Shown here one piece after another: positions 1 through 7,444 of a DNA stretch of 64,000 nt. Source of the stretch: Betaproteobacteria bacterium. Its GTDB lineage: Bacteria > Pseudomonadota > Gammaproteobacteria > Burkholderiales > SG8-39. The notes under the pieces were generated by a model, which made no database searches, was not told the origin of the DNA, and saw only the letters and a list, made by a program, of their open reading frames with translations. Every line of letters begins with the position of its first letter. The stretch's first letter is position 1. The stretch covers positions 60,023 through 124,022 of the forward strand of contig CANJRC010000001.1 in assembly GCA_947476535.1 (NCBI GenBank), written 5' to 3'. A program made the position numbers and the translations under genes.

Positions 1-43
1 AGAAATCGAGCGAGGTTCGCCGCGCCGTCCTGATTCCGTAGCA

Positions 44-123
44 GGCTGTTGAAAAACGCTTCCCCAATGCGAGACTCGTCAACCCATGTGCTTCTCTTCA
101 TAGGGAAGCGTTTTTCAACAGCC
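44..123. repeat. Perfect 21-bp inverted repeat with 38-nt spacer (hairpin / MITE-like element)
   Basis: GGCTGTTGAAAAACGCTTCCC at 44-64 is the exact reverse complement of GGGAAGCGTTTTTCAACAGCC at 103-123. It lies in non-coding DNA upstream of the CDS starting at 180. Confidence 0.85.
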
Positions 124-179
124 CCCTACTAGGCGCCGAACGCGCGTTGCAATCAAGCACAGATCAAGGAGACAGCAGC

Positions 180-1496
180 ATGGCAAGGTCGAAAGCGGTA
201 GCGAAACCTGCAGCGCGAAAGGCACCCAAGCCCTCGGCACAATCGAAGGCCATGGCAAAGCCGGCGACGAAGACGGCAGCAAAACCAGCGCCGAAGTCCG
301 CGGCGAAAGCCTCCCCCGGGAAGTCCACCCGGTTCAGGGTCATGGACACGGACAGCCATGTACTGGAGGGGCCCGAGCTGTGGACGAAATTCCTGGAGCC
401 CGAATACCGCGCGCTGGCGCGCAGCTGGTTCTGGCCGTATGGCGACGACATCGACGAGAAGGTGTTCCTCAACGGCTCCTCAGTCCCGGGGCTGAATCGC
501 TCCGGCATCCCGCGCCATGCCATCTGGAAACCGGGCATGACCGCGGACCAGATCGGCGGCCTGGACCCCAAGGTCAGGCATCCCATCAATCCGGGCGCGA
601 GCAATGCCCGTGCGCGCCTGGCGGATATGGACAAGATGGGGATTCACCGCGCGGTGCTCTACCCGACACTGTTCCTGCATTACTTCCCGCTGGTGGAGAA
701 CCCCGATGTCGCTGCGGCGCTCGCCCGCGCATACAACAATTGGGTCCGCGACTTCGCCAAGGCCGCTCCGGACCGACTCATCCCCGTGGCGGTGTTGCCG
801 GCGCAAAACATCGGCCTCGCGGTCAAGGAGCTCAAGCGCGTCGCCAAGCTGGGGTTCCGGGCCGCCATGATGACACCGGCCTTCCACAAGGACCTCTACC
901 CGTCGCAGCGCGTGTTCGACCCGCTGTGGAAGACCTTCGAGGCGAGCGGCCTGGTTGCCTGCGTGCATCCCATGGCCGGTCCTGCAGCCAGGGAAGGCGA
1001 CATCAATGCGCCCTTCATCGATCGCATGGCGGAATACGCCAATGTGGGACAGCCCGTGTCGGAGGCCATCGCGCCAACCATGGACATGTCGGTATTCCTC
1101 ACCTCCATGATGGCTGAAGGCCTGCTCGAGAACTTCCCCAGGCTCAAGCTGGTGCTTGCGCATTCGGGGGCGAGCTGGCTGCCGGTGATCCTGGAAAAAG
1201 CGGAGACCTACCTGTGGCTGTCACCGCAGGAGCACCCGGTGAGCCTCGAGCCGGAGAAGGTGTTCTTCAACCGGCAGACGATGGTCAACTTCTCCACCGG
1301 CGAAGGCGGCGTGCGCCGCATGCCGGAAGACTTCGCCAGCGTCGCAGGCTGGGGCTCGCTGTATCCGAACCACGATGCGAGCGGTCCGGCCGAGGCCATC
1401 AGCGACCTGGAGCAAGGCGGCGTCCCGCGCGACATCATCGAACGGCTGATGGGCGGCAATGCGGCGACACTTTTCGGGTTCGCGAAATCCACCTGA
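180..1496 (+). CDS. Amidohydrolase-2 family metal-dependent hydrolase with Ala/Lys/Pro-rich N-terminal tail
   Basis: ORF 147..1496. ATG at 180 sits 8 nt after AAGGAG (166-171). From about residue 60 the sequence follows the amidohydrolase-2 pattern (RFRVMDTDSHVLEGPELW, HSGASWLP, NHDAS). The first ~50 aa are AKP-type low complexity. Confidence 0.8.
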   Translation: MARSKAVAKPAARKAPKPSAQSKAMAKPATKTAAKPAPKSAAKASPGKSTRFRVMDTDSHVLEGPELWTKFLEPEYRALARSWFWPYGDDIDEKVFLNGSSVPGLNRSGIPRHAIWKPGMTADQIGGLDPKVRHPINPGASNARARLADMDKMGIHRAVLYPTLFLHYFPLVENPDVAAALARAYNNWVRDFAKAAPDRLIPVAVLPAQNIGLAVKELKRVAKLGFRAAMMTPAFHKDLYPSQRVFDPLWKTFEASGLVACVHPMAGPAAREGDINAPFIDRMAEYANVGQPVSEAIAPTMDMSVFLTSMMAEGLLENFPRLKLVLAHSGASWLPVILEKAETYLWLSPQEHPVSLEPEKVFFNRQTMVNFSTGEGGVRRMPEDFASVAGWGSLYPNHDASGPAEAISDLEQGGVPRDIIERLMGGNAATLFGFAKST

Positions 1497-1521
1497 TCGG
1501 CCTGAAACGAAGGATCCTGCA

Positions 1522-2172
1522 ATGAAAGCAAGACTTGCACTGTGGCTCGCTTGCCTGATGTTTACTGTTCAATGCGCCGCCGCCGAACTGGCCGGCGTCA
1601 AGCTGGACGACAGGATCCGCCTCTCGCCCGCCGGGCCCGAACTGGTGCTCAACGGCATGGGCATTCGCACCCGCTTCGTGTTCAAAGTCTACGTGGGTGG
1701 CCTCTATCTCCCGGAGAAGAAGACGACCGCGCCAGACATCCTATCGCTGCCCGGCGCAAAGCGCGTGTCGATCACGCTGCTGCACGACATCACGGCGCAG
1801 CAACTCACCGAATCGCTGGTCGAAGGCGTGCGCAACAACGGCAGCCCGGCAGAACAGGAAGCATAGAAGGCGCGCGTTGATCTCCTCTTCGGCATCATGA
1901 ATGCGCTCAAGGAAGCGAAAAAAGGCGATGTCATCCTGCTCGACTACCTACCCGACTCTGGCGTGAACTTGACGGTCAATGCCCAGCCGCAAGGCAAACC
2001 CATCCCGGGCGAGGACTTCCAGCGCGCATTGTTGCGCATCTGGCTCGGTGACAAGCCCTCGAACCCCGACCTGAAGAAGGGCATGCTGGGCGGCAGACCA
2101 CCCGCTCTGCGCGAGGGCGAGTCATCACGAGCCCCGCCACCCAAGCCACCCGACGCATTGCCAAACCGATGA
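1522..2172 (+). pseudogene. Chalcone-isomerase-like family periplasmic protein interrupted by an in-frame TAG (1864-1866)
   Basis: ORFs 1459..1866 and 1897..2172 are in the same frame, with a single TAG between them. Read-through gives ...SPAEQEA*KARVDLLFGIMNALKEAKKGD... There is a signal peptide (MKARLALWLACLMFTVQCAAA). GIRTRFVFKVYVGGLYL is typical of bacterial chalcone-isomerase-like proteins. Confidence 0.6.
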
Positions 2173-2239
2173 ACACCATGCCACTTGCGGGCGACTCGGC
2201 TCGACGATCGATGACCTCCGCATTAGCGGCCGCTCAAAA

Positions 2240-3160
2240 TCACCGGAGCGGAAAGGGCACCATCCCCGGATGCTTCCACTGTGTCGTCACGACCTTGCCC
2301 GACATCGACTGCGTGACGTACAGGTCACGAAAGTCCGGACCGCCGAACGCGGCGTTGGTGATCCACCGATCGGAGAGCAGTACGCGGTCGATCAATTCAC
2401 CCTTGGGGTCGAAGACCGCGATCTGTCCGCCCTGCCAGCCGCACACCAGGGCATTGCCCTTGGCGTCCATGGTCATGCTGTCGCCCTGGTCACGCCCGGG
2501 AAACGCCCAGCGCGCCGGAATCTGCGGCATCAATCCAAATCCCTGGCGCGGACCTACCTTGCCCGGAGAGAGGATTTCGTGGCGCCACACCACGCCGGTC
2601 GGTGTCTCCACGACAAGGAGTGTCGCAGCGTCTTCCGTCACCCAGACGCCATTCGCAAAAGCGTAGCCAGTCGCGACGCGACTCAGTTCCCGAGCCCGGT
2701 TGAAGAACCAGACCTCCCCGGCCCAGCCGGTGGTGAAGTAGCAGTTGCCCTGGCGGTCGAAAACGAGATCGTTTACCCCGGTGAAGCTGCCGGGCCCTCC
2801 GGCGAACACCACTTCGGCTCGCCCACTCTGCAGGTCGACCCGGTGAATCTTCGGCGGGCCCTTGTATTGCGAGGGATTGGGCCCGGAGCCACCCATGGCC
2901 GGCGGTATCATTGCGCGCGTCGCCAGGGGGCGGCCACTATTGTCGACCGCCCACAGTGCCTGGTCAGGGCCGACCTTGGTGCTGTTGATGCCACCCCCGG
3001 TTTCAAGAAAGGTCGTCACCTTCCCGTCCGCTGACCGCCGGGTGACGGTTCCCCGATCCATATCGCCCACGTAGAAATTGCCGTCGCGATCGAAGGCAGG
3101 CCCCTCCGGAAACCCGAGCCCGCTCAGGACCACGACCTCGTCCGCAAGGACTTCATTCAT
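2240..3160 (-). CDS. SMP-30/gluconolactonase/LRE family protein
   Basis: Internal ATG (codon 106 of ORF 2240..3475) overlaps the upstream stop as ATGA. Propeller-type motifs are present: GPAFDRDGNFY, NDLVFDRQGNCYFT, MDAKGNALV, TNAAFGGPD. Confidence 0.8.
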   Translation of the reverse strand: MNEVLADEVVVLSGLGFPEGPAFDRDGNFYVGDMDRGTVTRRSADGKVTTFLETGGGINSTKVGPDQALWAVDNSGRPLATRAMIPPAMGGSGPNPSQYKGPPKIHRVDLQSGRAEVVFAGGPGSFTGVNDLVFDRQGNCYFTTGWAGEVWFFNRARELSRVATGYAFANGVWVTEDAATLLVVETPTGVVWRHEILSPGKVGPRQGFGLMPQIPARWAFPGRDQGDSMTMDAKGNALVCGWQGGQIAVFDPKGELIDRVLLSDRWITNAAFGGPDFRDLYVTQSMSGKVVTTQWKHPGMVPFPLR

Positions 3161-3564
3161 CCGGCACTCCCCTTCTCGAACAGCAACGCGGTGAAATCCG
3201 TTTCGTCGCAATAGCGGGCGCGCACCGGGTCGCCGATATTTATTTCTCCGAATGCGCTGCCGACGACATTCGAGATCAGCGCCGGACCTTCGGTCAGCCT
3301 CACCAGGGCGACGTTGTACGGCACCTCGGGAAACCGCGCATCCAGCGACTTCATGTACCAGATGATCGACACGATGGAACCGGTCCCCGACAGGGGCTGC
3401 CACTCGAATTCCCCGCTCCAGCATTCGGGACAGAATTCGCCCGGCGGATGACGCACGAAGCCGCACCCCTTGCAACGCTGCAGCGACAGTTGATGCCGGG
3501 CAAGCGCATCCCAGTACGCCTGCTCAAATCTGTTCTTCGGCTTGGGACGCGTGCGTTCAGGCAT
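3157..3564 (-). CDS. Zn-ribbon OB-fold protein (DUF35 family), partner of SCP-x-type thiolase
   Basis: Start at MPERTRPK (ATG 3564) overlaps the thiolase stop by 8 nt (ATGCCTGA). It carries a CKGCG...CPEC zinc ribbon followed by an OB-fold-like segment. Confidence 0.75.
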   Translation of the reverse strand: MPERTRPKPKNRFEQAYWDALARHQLSLQRCKGCGFVRHPPGEFCPECWSGEFEWQPLSGTGSIVSIIWYMKSLDARFPEVPYNVALVRLTEGPALISNVVGSAFGEINIGDPVRARYCDETDFTALLFEKGSAG

Positions 3565-4705
3565 TCCAGTCTCCGCGGGCGAATAGCGTGGCTGCATGAT
3601 AGAACTGCGCGCGAATCCCGCCGCCGCTGGCATACAGCCCTACCTTCGCATTGGGCACCTGGCGCGGCCCGCACTCTCCGCGCAACTGACGCACCAACTC
3701 CACATGGTGCGTCAGGCCGATCAGGTAACCGCCGGAGAGGTGCCCGCCGTGGGTGTTCATCGGCAGCTCGCCGTTGATGCCGATACGGCTGCCGTCGCCG
3801 ACGAATGCCTCGCATCCACCCGGCTCGCAAAAACCGTAGTTCTCCAGGGCGGCCGCTGCCGCCACCGTCGTGGCCTCATACGGGAACAGCACGTCCACGT
3901 CCTGCGGGCCGATGCCCGCCGCCTCATACAGCTGCTTGGCGGCGCGACGCTCGGGTGAAAAGCTCATCTGGATGCCCCGCTCGAGCGCGTGCGTGGCCTC
4001 GCGCCCGATGGACAGGAAATCGATCGGCATCTTGGCGCAGTCGCGTGCAACCTCATTCGAAGCCATGATGATGGCGGCCGCACCGCCGCTCATCCTGCAG
4101 ACATCGTATTCGCGCAATGGCCAGATCATGGAAGGGCTGTTGCGATAGTCGTCCATGGTCATCGGTTCGCGGAACGCGGCATCCGGGTTGAGTTCGGCAT
4201 GCCGGCGCGACTGCACGGCGATTCGTCCCAGAACTTCCGTCGTCGTGCCGTACTTGTGCATGTGCTCAACCCAGCTCAAGCCATGCACCGCGGCTGCGTT
4301 GAAGAACCCGTGCACAAGGTCGTACTCCTGCGCCCCCGAAAGCTCGACCATCGAGCCTGGCGGATTGCGCCCGTACACGAATGCGAGCATGTCGCACGCC
4401 CCCGAGGCGATAAGCGCCGCGCCGTAGTGGAGCGTGAACGCCGCGGTGGCATAGTCGAGCGCGCCGGTAATCGACGGCGTGATGCCCGCCACTCGGCTGA
4501 ACAGCACGGGATCGATGCCGCTGCCGTCGAACTGCTTGGCACCCAGCAAGCCGTCGATGCGGTGCTTGTCGCGGATGCCCGCATCTTCCAGTGCGCCGCG
4601 AAATGCCTGCAACGCGAGCGCATAGCCATCGGCGTCGCCATGCGCACCCTGACGCGTCATGCCGACGCCGACGATGGATACCCGCCGGCTGAAGGCCTGC
4701 TTCAT
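3557..4705 (-). CDS. Thiolase-like protein (SCP-x / nonspecific lipid-transfer thiolase type)
   Basis: MKQAFSRRVSIVGVGMTRQG N-terminus with thiolase-fold length (~382 aa). C-terminal NTHGGHLSGGY and GLYASGGG motifs are present. It is translationally coupled to the DUF35 partner. Confidence 0.8.
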   Translation of the reverse strand: MKQAFSRRVSIVGVGMTRQGAHGDADGYALALQAFRGALEDAGIRDKHRIDGLLGAKQFDGSGIDPVLFSRVAGITPSITGALDYATAAFTLHYGAALIASGACDMLAFVYGRNPPGSMVELSGAQEYDLVHGFFNAAAVHGLSWVEHMHKYGTTTEVLGRIAVQSRRHAELNPDAAFREPMTMDDYRNSPSMIWPLREYDVCRMSGGAAAIIMASNEVARDCAKMPIDFLSIGREATHALERGIQMSFSPERRAAKQLYEAAGIGPQDVDVLFPYEATTVAAAAALENYGFCEPGGCEAFVGDGSRIGINGELPMNTHGGHLSGGYLIGLTHHVELVRQLRGECGPRQVPNAKVGLYASGGGIRAQFYHAATLFARGDWNA

Positions 4706-4725
4706 CCCCACTGCGCCTCGTCCCT

Positions 4726-5403
4726 CTACTTGAGGAGTGCGGGGGCGGGGTCTTCGTCCCTGAACCACTCGCTGTAGTCATAACCCTGCCAACCCGGATC
4801 TTCCAGGTCAAGGGTGGCTATCTCGAGCGGGTTGTTGCTCGGATCGGAAAAGTAGATCGAAATGACAAAGCGATTCCTGATGTCCGCCGAGTTGCGCTCA
4901 ACCGGGTCCGACACCGTCACGCCGCTGGCAATCAGGTGCTGCCTCATCCAGAGCAGGTCCGCCTTGCTCCTGACGTTGAATGCCAAGTGGTCGAGCTTCT
5001 GCAGGTGCCGTGGAGGCTGCGCGCCCGTCTGCGGCCAGAGGAACGAGACAATGGAGGCGTTCGGCTTCCTGTCCAGCTCGCGCACTTCATAGAACGAAAC
5101 CAGGTCGCCGTTGCCGATTTCAAAGAACACCTGGCGCGCGCGAACCTGGATGCCCGCATCGCCCGTCGTCGGCCCGGAACTCATGTGCGCGGCCTTGTTG
5201 AGGGACGCCGCGTTGTTCTCGAACCAACCGACCGTCCGCACCACCTTCATGCCGAGCAGGTCGCGATAGAAACGCACGCACTCGTCCATGTCGTGGGTGT
5301 AGAGCACCATATGGTTGATGCCCGTGATCTTGCCAACCGCGGGACCTTTGGTCGCGACGACCTGCTTGCGCCTTGGAAGCTGCTTGTCTGCTGCTGTGCT
5401 CAT
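4726..5403 (-). CDS. VOC (glyoxalase/bleomycin-resistance/extradiol dioxygenase) family protein
   Basis: ATG 5403 is preceded by GAAGGAG. There are two beta-alpha-beta-beta-beta modules (GINHMVLYTHDMDECVRFYRDLLGM and LDHLAFNV...). Confidence 0.75.
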   Translation of the reverse strand: MSTAADKQLPRRKQVVATKGPAVGKITGINHMVLYTHDMDECVRFYRDLLGMKVVRTVGWFENNAASLNKAAHMSSGPTTGDAGIQVRARQVFFEIGNGDLVSFYEVRELDRKPNASIVSFLWPQTGAQPPRHLQKLDHLAFNVRSKADLLWMRQHLIASGVTVSDPVERNSADIRNRFVISIYFSDPSNNPLEIATLDLEDPGWQGYDYSEWFRDEDPAPALLK

Positions 5404-5439
5404 GTTGACTCCTTCAAGTCGCCAGTAGCTTTCTGCCAA

Positions 5440-5722
5440 GATGAAAACACGATAATCGAACGGACACTTTCACCGCTTTTCATCACGTCGAACCCGCGGT
5501 TGGTGCGTCCCTCCACGTACCAGTCCACGTAGCGCGCGCCGTCGTTGCGCTTTGCCCCGCCCATCACCCCGATCCTGTCCATCGCCGCCCCGACCTGCAG
5601 ACATCGCACACGCCGCAATCGGGCGCGAGATACGGAATAACCGTGTCGCCGACCTTGAACTGCGTCACCGAATCGCCGCATTGAATGACCGTGCCAAAAG
5701 CATTGGTGGAAAAGCCTGGCGA
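5440..5722 (-). pseudogene. Possible relic of a Zn-dependent alcohol dehydrogenase N-terminal (GroES-like) domain
   Basis: The 320-bp gap between two CDSs contains GDSVTQFKVGDTVIPYLAPDCGVCDVCRSG (frame of ORF 5564..5860). It continues in another frame as DRIGVMGG.... There is no start codon and the GHE motif is absent. Confidence 0.3.
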
Positions 5723-5724
5723 CC

Positions 5725-7401
5725 TTACGCCGCTAGCACCGCGCCGGCGCGCTTCGCCCGCTTCACGACTTCCCCGCCGGCGATGAACCCGTAGGTCAGG
5801 GCCACGCCGATCGTTCCGCCCGCGCCCCAATAGGCCTGTCCGGCCGGAGAGGCCACGCAATTACCGGCCGCAAAGAGCCCGGCAATGGGGGCACCCGACG
5901 CGTGCAGCACCTGCGCCCGCTCATCGGTGACCGGGCCGCCCTTGGTGTCGAGCGCCGCAGGGCCCAGGACGATGCAGTGGTAGGGGCCGCTCCTCGCGAA
6001 CGGATGCATGGCACCGGTGATCGCGCCCTCGCGCGGCGCCTGCGCCCAGGCTTTCTCGATCGGCGTTTCACCGCGCGTAAAGTCGAGATCCTTGCCCTCT
6101 GCCGCCATGGCGTTGAAGCGCGCCAGCGTCGCCTCGAGGTTGGCATCGAACTCGGGGGCGAGCGTCACGCCGCCGGTGTGCGGGGCGATCTTCTGCAGGC
6201 GTTCGCGGATGGCCACGCCCAGCCCCTGCCAGGTCGACGCGCTGACCACGTACTCCAGCTTCTCACCCGGCGCCGGGATCGGGAAGCGGAAGCGCGAAGC
6301 CTGCGGGTTGTGGATGAGCGCATCGTCGAACAGCCAGAACATCAGGTAGTTGGGGTACTCGCGGCGCCCGGCGTCCCAGTGATAGTGCACCTGCCCGCGC
6401 TCGTTGTAAGTGGCCTTTTCGTTCATGGCGCGCCGGCCGTAGCGGTTCACCATCATCATGCTGTCGCCGTAGGGCGAGTACACGTCGCGCAGCGTGGCGC
6501 GGTTGCGGATGGCAAGCTCCACCACCAGCTGCGACCACCATGCATGTGTCATGTTGCCGAGCGACGCACCGAGCGACGTGCCGATACTGACGAAGTCGCC
6601 CGTGCTGCCTTCGGAGGCCGCGCCGCCCATCACCGGCCCGCGCAGGTACTCGAGTGCCATGCGCTCGTTGTGCAGGAACCCGCCGGTGGCGAACACGATG
6701 CCCTGGCGCGCCCCGATGAGCTCGGTGCGATGGCCGACGCGCACTTCGAGCCCGACGACCTCGCCCGACTCGTCTTTCAGCGGGTTGAGCACGCGGCTGT
6801 TGGTCTGCACGTTCACGCCGAGTTTCTCGCAGCCGGCCATCAACTGGTCGACGAGGATCTGCCCCTCCAGCTTGTCGATGCCGCGCCGGAAACCCGCCCA
6901 GGTCACCGGTTTCAACGCGCGGCCCTCGGGCGCCGTGTCCTCGGGCATGTCGGCGTAGTAGTCCGGGTAGAAGATTTCCTCCAGCGCCAAGATGCCGGCG
7001 CCGGTAAGTTCGTCCACCGCGATGTGGCCGGTGTCGTAGAAGGCCTCGATCAGGCGGTACTTGTCCTGCGGCAGTCCGAGGGTCTCGTGCGCGGCGTTGT
7101 ACAAGGTCGGGTAGGCGGACTTCGCCATGTAACGCATGGCGTCTTCGCGCTTGTCGACCAGGCCGCGCGCGCGCATGAATTTGTTGTTGGGGATCCACAG
7201 CACGCCGCCCGACTTGGCCGTGGTGCCGCCGGGCAGCGCGCCGCGCTCGAGCACCAGCACGCTCGCGCCCTTGCGCCCCGCAGTGACCGCCGCGGTCAGC
7301 CCAGCCACGCCGCTGCCCACCACCACCACGTCGACCACCTGGGTCCATTCGGAGCCCCAGCCCATCTCAGACGAACAATTCTTATCAACTTTAGCGTTCA
7401 T
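5725..7401 (-). CDS. FAD-dependent oxidoreductase, 3-ketosteroid-dehydrogenase / fumarate-reductase flavoprotein-like
   Basis: VVVVGSGVAGLTAAVTAGRKGASVLVLE dinucleotide-binding motif, GGTTAKSGG, and C-terminal GLFAAGNC. 558 aa. Confidence 0.8.
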   Translation of the reverse strand: MNAKVDKNCSSEMGWGSEWTQVVDVVVVGSGVAGLTAAVTAGRKGASVLVLERGALPGGTTAKSGGVLWIPNNKFMRARGLVDKREDAMRYMAKSAYPTLYNAAHETLGLPQDKYRLIEAFYDTGHIAVDELTGAGILALEEIFYPDYYADMPEDTAPEGRALKPVTWAGFRRGIDKLEGQILVDQLMAGCEKLGVNVQTNSRVLNPLKDESGEVVGLEVRVGHRTELIGARQGIVFATGGFLHNERMALEYLRGPVMGGAASEGSTGDFVSIGTSLGASLGNMTHAWWSQLVVELAIRNRATLRDVYSPYGDSMMMVNRYGRRAMNEKATYNERGQVHYHWDAGRREYPNYLMFWLFDDALIHNPQASRFRFPIPAPGEKLEYVVSASTWQGLGVAIRERLQKIAPHTGGVTLAPEFDANLEATLARFNAMAAEGKDLDFTRGETPIEKAWAQAPREGAITGAMHPFARSGPYHCIVLGPAALDTKGGPVTDERAQVLHASGAPIAGLFAAGNCVASPAGQAYWGAGGTIGVALTYGFIAGGEVVKRAKRAGAVLAA

Positions 7402-7444
7402 GCGTTACCTATAGAACCTAAGCGTAATTATTGTGATCATGCGT

